64,000 nt of DNA from an uncultured Anaerolineales bacterium (lineage in GTDB: Bacteria; Chloroflexota; Anaerolineae; Anaerolineales; UBA11858), in the NCBI GenBank assembly GCA_964419495.1, contig CAYQQX010000006.1:486-64485 (forward strand), written 5' to 3'. This document shows, piece by piece, positions 43,114 to 52,068 of the stretch; position 1 is the first letter of the stretch; each line of letters opens with the position of its first letter. The notes under the pieces are model-generated. The model was not told the origin of the DNA and did not search any database. It saw only the letters and a list, made by a program, of their open reading frames with translations. Made by a program: the position numbers and the translations under genes.

Positions 43114-43704
43114 TTAGATGTTGCGAAACAGCACAATGACCAAACCCCCGATATCGAGGATTAAGTAGAGGGTCATTAACAATGAAAGTCGCTCTATGAT
43201 GTTGAGACAGATCTTCAGCACTTTATCTGAGGTGAGTATAAAATATGCAGGAAGAATGCTAGTTGTGGCAACAAGGAAAAAACTTATGGCATAGATTACA
43301 CGCAACGGACGAGATGTGATAATCAGAAATTGGGAGAGGCTGGCTGGTAATACTCCATCTGATAAGAAGTAAAGCTGGTTGATAATTCCCCAGATACCTA
43401 CCAATACCACTAAAGTGGATAACAAGGCAACTCGCTGATCTTCATTCCATAATTTGGGTACGAGGATGCTCAAGAGCATGAGCACCCCAAAAGCAAACAA
43501 ACCCTCCACAAAGGCGATCAATAGTCCGTAAGCGCCTACGCCGATGGCGTCCCATGAATTATTGCGTTCGGTAATCCAGGCATAATCCTGAAGAACCAGA
43601 ATAATCGTCCACACATGAGTGGGGAGCGAAGCCATCAGGAATAACGTCCACAAATTCTTTTTGGAGAATTTGAAAATGTTGAAAGGGAATTTATAAGTAT
43701 CCAA
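43114..43704 (-). CDS. 6-TM membrane protein, function unknown
   Basis: Hydrophobic throughout. It is tightly packed between the two AP-superfamily genes, with a 14-nt overlap upstream and a 4-nt gap downstream. Confidence 0.6.
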   Translation of the reverse strand: MDTYKFPFNIFKFSKKNLWTLFLMASLPTHVWTIILVLQDYAWITERNNSWDAIGVGAYGLLIAFVEGLFAFGVLMLLSILVPKLWNEDQRVALLSTLVVLVGIWGIINQLYFLSDGVLPASLSQFLIITSRPLRVIYAISFFLVATTSILPAYFILTSDKVLKICLNIIERLSLLMTLYLILDIGGLVIVLFRNI

Positions 43705-45520
43705 GGCCTTTCAATCTCTCTTCGATATCTGCTTGCTCTTGATCATCGATTGTGGGGGGTGGGACGGTATCCTGAATTTTTGGTGTCATGCCAATGGCAA
43801 GTTCCGGAAATTCCTTGTAGGAAGGCTGAGTAATTTCACCAAAGCCTCGGTTTGAAAAAAGAACCCCTGGAACAAGCTGTGGATCGATACAATGATCGGC
43901 ATGCCAATGATCGTTGTTTACTTCAAGAGTATCTGTGCCCCATTTCCCTAGACCCGTGTCAGCAGAGGCGCGGAACCCATCGGAGAAACCTAGAATGAGA
44001 TCGGGAGCATATTTGGCGTAAGGGCCGTCGTCTAGCTCTGAGCTGGGTATGATGGCATTGAGCACAGCCTTGCCATCAGGGCTTTTCCACTCAGCCATTT
44101 CGCGTTGAAGTTCTTCTAAAATTGCATCTTTTTGATCGTCATTGACGCAGCCCTGACCTTCTCTGCCAGAGAGATTTAGGTAAAGGCTGTTCAACCCAAT
44201 GGCGTAGGCCTGACTTTTAGACCAATCGACATCAAATAGGCTCTTTTTGGCCGGAGTTGAGCTGGTGGTCACTAAATAACCTTTTTCTTCCAACCAACGG
44301 TTGACGTGGATCTTGTGATTGAAATTTGCGAATCCGTGGTCAGAGACGACCATTAAGTGTAAGTTTTTCGCTTCAGTAAATTCGTTCACCTGCCCTACAA
44401 GCGTATCGAGCTTGATGCACCACTCTTCGACAATGTCGGGACGGTCGTGCCAGAACATGTGCTGAACACGGTCCAACGTATCGAAGACGCAAGCCAAAAG
44501 TCCTTCGTTGAAGCGGTCCAGGTTATTGAGAAAAACCCGTTTCCTGGTTTCAAATATCTGATGACACAAATCCAGGAATTGATTATCTGAAATCAGGCCT
44601 TCTTCAAGAGCAGTTGTATCTTGCGGCCATCCCAGGGATAAGAAGCCACCCGAATCGCCCCAGGCTTGCTTGACGAATCCGCGCGGCGAAGCATATCGCC
44701 ATGGTGAGTGCAGGGGATGGATTTGCAGTGGCAAGAAGTACAGTTTTGGAGAAGGTAAACCATGGGTCAGGATTACTCTGGTGATTGCGCTCACTGAAAC
44801 CATCAGCCCCATTTTGAATTTCAATTCAATAATTGGACTCCAATGGCCAAGTTTGATCTCGAATTTTTGATTGCCAATGGACAAGATAGCGAGATTATCA
44901 TCCAAAAAGGAGACTTGAAATTCCAGGGAAGTCTTTTGTGCCTGGTTCGATTTTTGGCGGGATGGGCCAGTCAGATCACCTGTGAAATCATTTTGGCCAA
45001 TGGCAGCTAGCTTATGGATGGGAACCTTCTGATCCTCTTGGGGAGAATCTGGATCGCTGGCAAAACCCACCCCTACGCCCAATTTCCCGTGGATGTCTGG
45101 TGTGCCTAAACCGGGAATATTTCTGATGGGAGAATCCAACCGAGCAGGAAACATCGCCGGCCACCAGAGTGCTGTGGCAGGATAACCCTGATCGATGGCT
45201 TCATCGAAGATGGTATGGCTGGTATATGGACGAGCGAATTCAGTGCCTAAGCGGGTGGATTTCGTCGGGAGTAGAGAAACATAGAGATTATAGCTCTCTG
45301 GATTTCTGTGGACGAAATCGAACATGCCATGCCCAGAAGGGCTCAAACCCGTTGCAATGCTTGTCCAAGAAACTTCGCTCTGTGGGGGATTGGAAACGGC
45401 AAAACGCGCATAACCACCTTGGGTTGCAAGCTTCGTCAGCGCTGGTAGCTTATTTTGCTCACTTATAGACTCGAAAACCTTGGGATCAAAGGCATCAAGT
45501 CCCAAAATGACTGTATTCAT
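43691..45520 (-). CDS. type I phosphodiesterase / nucleotide pyrophosphatase-family (AP superfamily) protein
   Basis: VILGLDAFDP (metal-site Asp), NPPQSEVSWTSIATGLSPSGHGMF, VVSDHGF and HWHADH. Confidence 0.8.
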   Translation of the reverse strand: MNTVILGLDAFDPKVFESISEQNKLPALTKLATQGGYARFAVSNPPQSEVSWTSIATGLSPSGHGMFDFVHRNPESYNLYVSLLPTKSTRLGTEFARPYTSHTIFDEAIDQGYPATALWWPAMFPARLDSPIRNIPGLGTPDIHGKLGVGVGFASDPDSPQEDQKVPIHKLAAIGQNDFTGDLTGPSRQKSNQAQKTSLEFQVSFLDDNLAILSIGNQKFEIKLGHWSPIIELKFKMGLMVSVSAITRVILTHGLPSPKLYFLPLQIHPLHSPWRYASPRGFVKQAWGDSGGFLSLGWPQDTTALEEGLISDNQFLDLCHQIFETRKRVFLNNLDRFNEGLLACVFDTLDRVQHMFWHDRPDIVEEWCIKLDTLVGQVNEFTEAKNLHLMVVSDHGFANFNHKIHVNRWLEEKGYLVTTSSTPAKKSLFDVDWSKSQAYAIGLNSLYLNLSGREGQGCVNDDQKDAILEELQREMAEWKSPDGKAVLNAIIPSSELDDGPYAKYAPDLILGFSDGFRASADTGLGKWGTDTLEVNNDHWHADHCIDPQLVPGVLFSNRGFGEITQPSYKEFPELAIGMTPKIQDTVPPPTIDDQEQADIEERLKGLGYL

Positions 45521-45526
45521 ATGCGC

Positions 45527-45706
45527 TTATTCTTCAGTACTGAGTTCGCTGGATTCTTCTTGGCCTCGTTCTCGGATGTATCGCAGAAAGCGCCGATACC
45601 CCATTTTAATTTTGCTCGAGAATAAGAGGATGATGCCCGAAATTGCCCCAAACAAAACAGCTAGTATTTGGAAAAGCATTCCTCCGGTGGAAGGGTCAAT
45701 ATACAT
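45527..45706 (-). CDS. small (59 aa) single-TM protein heading the AP-superfamily cluster
   Basis: Own translation: MYIDPSTGGMLFQILAVLFGAISGIILLFSSKIKMGYRRFLRYIRERGQEESSELSTEE*. The SD AGGAG lies 7 nt upstream and the gene ends 6 nt before the next ATG. It is below the ORF-track cutoff. Confidence 0.65.
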   Translation of the reverse strand: MYIDPSTGGMLFQILAVLFGAISGIILLFSSKIKMGYRRFLRYIRERGQEESSELSTEE

Positions 45707-45813
45707 TTAGATTAACTCCTGACTTATTTCGTATTCATTTGAAAGCAGGTTTACACACCGACCATGAACACGAACCAAATTTTATCATTTAACATCCTTC
45801 TGGGCTGCCGGGT

Positions 45814-45851
45814 TTTAAAAATAAAACTCCCCGACGGTGATCAGGGAGTTT
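45814..45851 (-). terminator. intrinsic terminator after the YceI-like gene
   Basis: Minus strand reads AAACTCCC-11 nt-GGGGAGTTT followed by TATTTTT. Confidence 0.65.
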
Positions 45852-45874
45852 GGGGCATAAAAGATTTTAATTGA

Positions 45875-46675
45875 TCAATTTCCAACAGGTACAGCGACAA
45901 ACTCGATTTCCAGCAGTACTTCTTCATCCACATCAGCGACTTGCTGCACTTCGGGAATGGTTATGTTGTAGTCTGCGTGGGCCACGATAGTAGACGCATA
46001 GCCTTCCAGGCGTGTATTGGAAACCGGTGTTACCTTCGCTTCGAAGGTTACCTGGTTGGTAACATCCTTTATGTTCAGGTCACCAATAATTGTGAAAGAA
46101 ATAGCCTCGCCAAAAGTGATGCTTTCGGGCAACCCTACAATTGATGTTGGGGTAAAGGTAATGTATTCATATTGGCTGGTTTCAAGGACAAATTTTTGGA
46201 TGGCCCCATTACGGAAATTGTTGTCTGTAGTCAATGTATCGGCGTTAATTTGAATTGCCCCAATTTGAGAATTCATTGGGTTATCGTAATCAACTTGTAA
46301 ATCACCAGTTACTTGGTCTGTTACCCCGACCACAGTCTTGGGATTGCCGCGCAATAACTCGCCTAGTGAGAAGCGAGATTCGGATTCAGCTTGTGCGATT
46401 TCAAAAGCAACCACGCCTGAAACGCTGGATTCTTCCATTGGCTGCTCAGCGTCTGATTCTGTATCTGCTTCGGCAGTTTCCTCTCCCATTTCATCAGAGT
46501 GTGCGGCTGTGTTCTCTTCGGCCATCTCTTCGTCGGCTTCTTCGATCTCTTCTGTTTCGACGGCAACGGGTTCCGTAGGAATACTTGTTTCCTCAGATGT
46601 TTGGGGTGAACAGGCCGCGATAATTGCGGTCAAGAGAATAAAAATTCCTATACTAATGAAAGCTTTCTTCGACAT
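45875..46675 (-). CDS. YceI-like domain lipoprotein with an acidic linker
   Basis: MSKKAFISIGIFILLTAIIAAC is a lipoprotein signal with SD GGAG upstream. An E/D-rich linker precedes the YceI-like core (...TGDLQVDYDN...TDNNFRNGAIQKFVLETSQYEYITFTP). The ORF-track N-terminal extension to 46873 reads through a repeat element. Confidence 0.75.
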   Translation of the reverse strand: MSKKAFISIGIFILLTAIIAACSPQTSEETSIPTEPVAVETEEIEEADEEMAEENTAAHSDEMGEETAEADTESDAEQPMEESSVSGVVAFEIAQAESESRFSLGELLRGNPKTVVGVTDQVTGDLQVDYDNPMNSQIGAIQINADTLTTDNNFRNGAIQKFVLETSQYEYITFTPTSIVGLPESITFGEAISFTIIGDLNIKDVTNQVTFEAKVTPVSNTRLEGYASTIVAHADYNITIPEVQQVADVDEEVLLEIEFVAVPVGN

Positions 46676-46752
46676 TATTTTCTCCTTCAATTTCGATTTC
46701 AGCTTAGACTGGATTAAGGCATGTGTTCTTACCTGACTTGCCCTTTTTTTGT

Positions 46753-46960
46753 AAAAGTTGAATATACTGTAATGGGGGATAACACTTTGAACACTTATGT
46801 CATTCTGAGCGGAGCGAAGAATCCCTGATACGTTCAATTCAATTGAGCCAATGCAGGTATAAATTAGCTCCACCTTGCAGGGATTCTTCGTCGCTGCGCT
46901 TCTCGGAATGACAAGACGAAATGTTCAACATCAATTTACCCATTACAAAAAGTTGAATAT
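46753..46960. mobile_element. MITE-like insertion: 13-bp direct repeats, about 9-bp terminal inverted repeats, internal long palindrome
   Basis: AAAAGTTGAATAT occurs at 46753-46765 and 46948-46960. TGTAATGGG (46768-46776) is inverted to CCCATTACA (39-47). The core is the palindrome gtcattctgagcggagcgaagaatccctg (46799-46827) / cagggattcttcgtcgctgcgcttctcggaatgac (46878-46912). Confidence 0.6.
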
Positions 46961-47098
46961 CATAAAAAAATTCCCAAAATAGAAAGACATCACACACCCC
47001 GAATCTAATAATCTAGGTGTGTCTTATTTTTTTATCCCCATCCCCCCACTTCGCGTCCCCCTTTCCCCATTTCTGTGGAACCCTATTTTTGCGAGTAA

Positions 47099-47133
47099 CA
47101 GCGAGAGAGTGAGTTCCTTGCACTCTCTCGCTG
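47099..47133. other. perfect 13-bp hairpin
   Basis: cagcgagagagtg-agttccttg-cactctctcgctg. No U-tract on either side. It is preceded by a C-rich tract at 47030-47075. Confidence 0.7.
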
Positions 47134-47242
47134 CCCCGACATAAGAGTGCCGGGAGTTATTTTCTACTTAAAATCTATATATTTCTTAAATATGGGGTGC
47201 TTCATGTTTGTAAAAGTGTCGTTGATGAACCAGCGATTACTG

Positions 47243-48283
47243 CTATTGGACGTTGACCGTGATTGTCATATCATTATTACTTTCGTCATTTTCATCAATG
47301 GTCCCGGTAGCGTCAGCTAATGCTCTAGATGAATACGTTCCGGCATTATCATAACATTCACAAGTATGTTCGAGTGTCTTGGTTGTGCCGGCGGCCAACC
47401 CAGAAACATTCCAGACTTTCTTGGTGTCCGCATTATCATTATTAGTATCAGACCACCACTCAACCACGAATGAGCCCGCGTCTGTACCGCCTTTGTTTTG
47501 AACTTCAACTCGAACGGTAAATGTCTTGCCTCTCTCGGGGGAAGGATCAAAGGCCATACTGGTTATAGACAAATCTGCCTTGCCTGTACCTGGGGCAATT
47601 GTTTGACTTGGTGTGCTAGTTGGGCCTGTGGCTGTTGCTGTGGGGGTGGTATTGCTATTGCCTTTGACAACAATTTGAACATAGAAACTATGCCCGAAGA
47701 GTTCCCCGGCGGGATTTTTAAGGCGCCAATACCCCGTGTAGGTGCCAGGAGTTTTTGGAGCAACAAGGTCAATAGAGATTTCGCGCGATGATCCTGGACC
47801 AGTATCGAATGTCAGGGCTTGGGGACTGATACCGCTCATGGCCTCTCCGCTAACAAAAACTACCGAGTATCCCGAGTTCCAAGTGCAAGAGCCGGTGTTG
47901 GACAATCGCCAGGTTTTGGTGAATGGGGTTTCAGAATCGAATTGTGTGCCGTCCGGGATGGTTACATCACCAGCGAAGGCGGCATTATCACAGCCGGAAG
48001 CCTGCCCATCTGTGAACTCGTTGGCAGAGTCAGCGACTTGAATTGTAGAACTGGCTGTTGCACTGGGGGTAAAAGTGGCTGTTGCCGTCGCTGTGTTCGT
48101 TGCTGTCGAGGTAGACGTGCTTGTAGGTTGCGGCGTTAAAGACAGCGCCGCTTCCACCGTTTGGAAAACAGCCGTAAGTGCCTCTTCGGGTGAAACTTCA
48201 TCATTTCCACCAAAGAGCACGTCACAGCTAGTGAGCGACAAGGTGAAAATAATAAATAATAGGATTGTAATTTTTGTTTTCAT
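47243..48283 (-). CDS. secreted lipoprotein with Nbr1-FW-like and CARDB-like domains
   Basis: Signal peptide with the LTSC lipobox and a Thr/Ser/Ala linker. TKTWRLSNTGSCTWNSGYSVVFVSGE resembles Nbr1_FW. DLSITSMAFDPSPERGKTFTVRVEVQNKGGTDAG resembles CARDB. Confidence 0.7.
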   Translation of the reverse strand: MKTKITILLFIIFTLSLTSCDVLFGGNDEVSPEEALTAVFQTVEAALSLTPQPTSTSTSTATNTATATATFTPSATASSTIQVADSANEFTDGQASGCDNAAFAGDVTIPDGTQFDSETPFTKTWRLSNTGSCTWNSGYSVVFVSGEAMSGISPQALTFDTGPGSSREISIDLVAPKTPGTYTGYWRLKNPAGELFGHSFYVQIVVKGNSNTTPTATATGPTSTPSQTIAPGTGKADLSITSMAFDPSPERGKTFTVRVEVQNKGGTDAGSFVVEWWSDTNNDNADTKKVWNVSGLAAGTTKTLEHTCECYDNAGTYSSRALADATGTIDENDESNNDMTITVNVQ

Positions 48284-48381
48284 GGGCTAACTCAACTTTA
48301 GTAGTTTTGATTGTTACACCAAATTGTAACCGCAAAACTGAAACACGGCATGCTAAAGTATTGTTGATTATTCAGCACAAA

Positions 48382-49092
48382 TTATTGAGTTTTGGCTTCT
48401 AGAAATTCAATGACAGCATCGATGAGCACGGGATTTATGCCCGGTGAAGCATTATTCCTTTCCGGTTGCAAATCCTGTTGATTGTCAGTATTACTCTTCT
48501 CTTGGCTTCCCGGTTGATCGCCAGTAGACTTCCCTCCGACACCTGGTGTATTGCCAGCTTGATTCCGGCCAGCTAAACCACCAGCCATTTCCAAACCTAA
48601 TGTCTGTGAAACACTGATGAGATCATCTTTTGTTAGCTGCATGGCAGAAATCGTTGATATTTGTTCCAGGCTCATTGTATTGATAATTTGTACGGCCTGG
48701 GATGAGATCATCACCTGGTCGTTTCCAGCGTCGATCATACTGCGCAGTGCCTGCCACATTGGAAGGAGCAGCGAGGCCTGATCTGAAGAGATATCCTGAG
48801 CAGTTTCACTGAGTTTGAGTGTACCAAGGATCAATTGCACTTCAACATGAAGTGCATTTTCATAGTTGGTGGTTATCATCGCTGGATCCCCTGTAAGTTC
48901 AAGAATTGGCGTAGCAGTATTGTTGGTCTCAGGCGTTGGTGTCCCAATTTCAGCGACTGAAGCACCTAATGTCAGTGCCCCGGAAGTGGGGGTTTTATTT
49001 GATGCTCCTGTAGATTCATTCGAGACTGGAATACTGCTGCAGCCTGTCAATATGAAAGATGCGAGGATGAAAATGAATTGTTTTTTCTGCAT
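48382..49092 (-). CDS. lipoprotein, unknown family (paralogue A)
   Basis: LTGC lipobox. Helical motifs LLLPMWQALRSM and EQISTISAMQLTKDDL, a Gly/Asn/Gln-rich linker, and the C-terminal VLIDAVIEFLEAK. Confidence 0.7.
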   Translation of the reverse strand: MQKKQFIFILASFILTGCSSIPVSNESTGASNKTPTSGALTLGASVAEIGTPTPETNNTATPILELTGDPAMITTNYENALHVEVQLILGTLKLSETAQDISSDQASLLLPMWQALRSMIDAGNDQVMISSQAVQIINTMSLEQISTISAMQLTKDDLISVSQTLGLEMAGGLAGRNQAGNTPGVGGKSTGDQPGSQEKSNTDNQQDLQPERNNASPGINPVLIDAVIEFLEAKTQ

Positions 49093-49210
49093 TGTATACC
49101 TTGCTGATGAGCAGGAAAACCTGCCAAAATGTAGTGTAATTTGATTTATCAGAGGAACCCAGAAAACGATTGGTTTTCCGGATTCCTCAATTGTTGCCGG
49201 GCAGGCGATA

Positions 49211-49879
49211 TTATTTAATCTTGGCCTCTAATAACTCGATGATGACATCGAAGAATTGAGAATTGATCACAGAAGCTGCACCGCGGCGTCCCTGCTCTTT
49301 TGCCGGCGAGGCACCGACCGGAACGTCTCCGGCTGGCGCACCGCCGCCGGGGCCGTTACCCTGACCAAGATCCCCACCTTGGGTGCCGGATCTGTCGTTA
49401 GATTCTTGTCCGCTCTCGCGCATGGCCTGGGCAGTAGCCTGCATCTCAGGGGTCATGTCGCCAAACTTGCTGTTGTTGCTTATCTCAATCCCCAGGCTTT
49501 GAGCCAGGTTGGCAAAATCGTTTTGCGAAAGTTGCATCGCCGTGATAGCTGCAACTTGCTCGGGGGTCAACGTGTTTTTAATCTGGTCGAAGATGGCTTC
49601 CAACTCCGCAGTGGCGACGGTTTCGCTCTCGCTCAGGCTGCGGGCTGCTTTCCATAACGGAAGCATTTCCGATGCCTGGGCCGCGTCGATGGGGTACTTG
49701 GTTTCGTCGAGTTTGAAGGTTCCCATCAATAATGTGATTTCATGGGGCATCGAGGGGCCAGCCCCTTCATCGTTGCCGATCGCCGAAACGGGCGCGCTCT
49801 CTTCGGAGGCAGAACCAGCACAGGCGGCGAGGATCAACACGAAGGTAAGTAAAATGAGGGTTAATATTGTTTTTTTCAT
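49211..49879 (-). CDS. lipoprotein, unknown family (paralogue B)
   Basis: LAAC lipobox. MLPLWKAARSL, EQVAAITAMQLSQNDF, a Gly-rich linker and FFDVIIELLEAK. ATG 49879 follows GGAG. Confidence 0.7.
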   Translation of the reverse strand: MKKTILTLILLTFVLILAACAGSASEESAPVSAIGNDEGAGPSMPHEITLLMGTFKLDETKYPIDAAQASEMLPLWKAARSLSESETVATAELEAIFDQIKNTLTPEQVAAITAMQLSQNDFANLAQSLGIEISNNSKFGDMTPEMQATAQAMRESGQESNDRSGTQGGDLGQGNGPGGGAPAGDVPVGASPAKEQGRRGAASVINSQFFDVIIELLEAKIK

Positions 49880-49903
49880 GATTATCTCCATAATATTTCT
49901 CTA

Positions 49904-49984
49904 AGACCTTCAAGATCTGGCTCCTGCGCTGGCCGCAGGACCGTCTTCGACGCGCTCGGAGTGCTTCGCAAAGACCTTGAAGGT
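49904..49984. other. structured intergenic element between lipoprotein B and the ABC permease
   Basis: The outer stem accttcaag (49906-14) / cttgaaggt (49976-84) encloses cctgcg-ctggc-cgcagg. aagacctt appears as a direct repeat at both ends. Confidence 0.5.
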
Positions 49985-49994
49985 TTATTATTCA

Positions 49995-51227
49995 CTATTC
50001 ATGCCGCAGTGCTTCGATGGGGTCGAGTTGTGCGGCTTTATCTGCCGGGTAGTAGCCGAAGAAGATGCCCACTGCGGCGGCTGACCCGAAGGCTAATAAG
50101 ATTGAACTGGGGACGACGACAGTGCGCATCCCACCGGTTAAGTTGAAGATCCAAGATCCGCCCACGCCGACGATAACGCCTAGCAACCCGCCGACCAGGC
50201 TGAGCAGCAGAGCTTCGGTGAGGAACTGCATGCGGACGTCGTTTGGGCTGGCTCCCACCGATTGGCGGATACCAATTTCCCGAGTTCTTTCTGTGACGCT
50301 GACCATCATGATATTCATGATGCCGATGCCGCCCACCAGAAGGGAAACAGCTGCTACCCAAGCCAACAAGTTGCGGAATGCTTCGGTGGTAGCTTCTTGG
50401 GTTTGGATGATGTCGTCTTGGGTTTGGATGGCGAAATCCGGCTCTTCCAGGCTGACATTGTGACGCTTGGCCAGCAGCAGTTCGATTTGCAGGATGACAT
50501 TTTCCTGATCGGCGTCCTCGGCCAATTCAACATAGATCATGCGCACGCGGTCGCCAGCGAACTTGGCAATCTGTGAGGGTGTGAACTTCTGGAAGACAAC
50601 GGTGATAGGCATATAGATGCGCGAGTCGTAGTCAACATCGCCGACCAAACCTTTGTCGTCAAAGACTCCGATCACGGTGAACTTGGTGCTGCCCACGGTG
50701 ACAGTTTGACCAACCGGAGGTTCGTCCCCGAAGAGTTCTTCTGCCAGGCTGGAACCCAGAACAATTACTTTTTGATCACGATCAATCTCAGCCTGATTGA
50801 AGTAGCGGCCCTCAGCGAGTGTCATATCACGCACGGAGGGGAAATCCTGGGTTGTCCCCAAGATGGCGACATCCTCAATGGTGACATTCCCCGCTTTGAT
50901 AGTCTGCGTACTGGATTGCTCGACGACCACGCCGGTCACGCCGTTGACTTCATCAAAGATGGCAAAGGCATCGTTATAGACCAACCCACCAGATGAGCCT
51001 CCCTGGCTGCTGAATCCAGCCCGGCTGAAGCTTGACTGGACAAAGACCAGGTTTGTACCCAGACTGGTGATTTCATCTGCGATGGTGGCTTCTGCCCCGG
51101 CGCTGATGGCAATCATGATAATCACAGCCGAGACGCCGATGATCACGCCCAGCATGGTCAGCAGCGAGCGCAACTTGTTGCGCACTAACCCTTGCGAGGC
51201 GATTTTGATTATTTTTTCAGGTTTCAT
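49995..51227 (-). CDS. MacB-type ABC transporter permease (FtsX fold with a periplasmic domain)
   Basis: An N-terminal TM helix, a periplasmic MacB_PCD of about 230 aa, then three C-terminal TMs containing TERTREIGIRQSVGA. Confidence 0.9.
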   Translation of the reverse strand: MKPEKIIKIASQGLVRNKLRSLLTMLGVIIGVSAVIIMIAISAGAEATIADEITSLGTNLVFVQSSFSRAGFSSQGGSSGGLVYNDAFAIFDEVNGVTGVVVEQSSTQTIKAGNVTIEDVAILGTTQDFPSVRDMTLAEGRYFNQAEIDRDQKVIVLGSSLAEELFGDEPPVGQTVTVGSTKFTVIGVFDDKGLVGDVDYDSRIYMPITVVFQKFTPSQIAKFAGDRVRMIYVELAEDADQENVILQIELLLAKRHNVSLEEPDFAIQTQDDIIQTQEATTEAFRNLLAWVAAVSLLVGGIGIMNIMMVSVTERTREIGIRQSVGASPNDVRMQFLTEALLLSLVGGLLGVIVGVGGSWIFNLTGGMRTVVVPSSILLAFGSAAAVGIFFGYYPADKAAQLDPIEALRHE

Positions 51228-51979
51228 TATTCTTTCTCTTTCTGAATGCTAACGGCTAACTGCTGACCGTTCTTTTTCCCATTTAGTTTGTCTGTGTCGA
51301 TGCGCCCATCTAAGAAGCGGATCACGCGCTGGGCGTAAGCGGCAATTTCATCTTCGTGGGTGACCATTACGATCGTACTGCCGTTGCGGTGCAGATCGGT
51401 CATTAGGCCCATGATCTCCCGGCCGGATTTCGAATCCAGGTTTCCGGTGGGTTCATCGGCCAGGATCAGCACTGGATCGTTGACCAGGGCACGTGCAATC
51501 GCCACGCGTTGCACCTGTCCACCGGAAAGTTCATGGGGCTGGTGATCCACTCGGTCGGCCAAGCCAACCGCCTTTAGCGCTTCGAGCCCCTTTTGCTTGT
51601 GTTCAAGTTCCGATAAATTCCCATTGCGGTTGTAAAGCAGTGGCAACAGCACATTTTCCAGGGCTGACGTACGCGCCAGCAAGTTGAAACTCTGAAAGAC
51701 AAACCCGATGCGCTGATTGCGAATAACGGCCAGCTGGGTTTTATCCAGGTCACTGACATCCTCACCAGCCAGAAAGTATTGACCGGAAGTAGGGCGATCC
51801 AGGCATCCGATGATATTCATCAGTGTGCTTTTTCCAGAACCTGATGGTCCCATGATGGCGACAAACTCGTTCTCTTCGATCTCCACGCTGATCTCATCCA
51901 GTGCTCTGACCTGGGCATCGCCTATGCCGTATACTTTGGTTAGTTCTCTGGTTTGGATGATTGCTTGTTGTTTGTTCAT
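51227..51979 (-). CDS. ABC transporter ATP-binding protein (MacB/LolD type)
   Basis: Walker [10 protein letters not shown], signature [15 protein letters not shown] and Walker [12 protein letters not shown]. Confidence 0.95.
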   Translation of the reverse strand: MNKQQAIIQTRELTKVYGIGDAQVRALDEISVEIEENEFVAIMGPSGSGKSTLMNIIGCLDRPTSGQYFLAGEDVSDLDKTQLAVIRNQRIGFVFQSFNLLARTSALENVLLPLLYNRNGNLSELEHKQKGLEALKAVGLADRVDHQPHELSGGQVQRVAIARALVNDPVLILADEPTGNLDSKSGREIMGLMTDLHRNGSTIVMVTHEDEIAAYAQRVIRFLDGRIDTDKLNGKKNGQQLAVSIQKEKE

Positions 51980-52068
51980 TAGTTATTCCTTGGATATTCC
52001 ATTATGAATATTATTAAATCTACACTCTTTAGCTAAATTCCATGTACAAATCTACTTTGATGACTTGT

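Noticed and set aside
45480-45710. 76-aa plus-strand ORF
   Set aside because: It is antisense to a better-supported small membrane-protein gene (SD present, operon spacing) and overlaps the start of the NPP-like gene.
46676-46873. N-terminal 66 aa of ORF 45875..46873
   Set aside because: The extension is translated from the MITE-like palindrome (…GILRSAQNDISVQ…). A lipoprotein signal with an SD begins at 46675.
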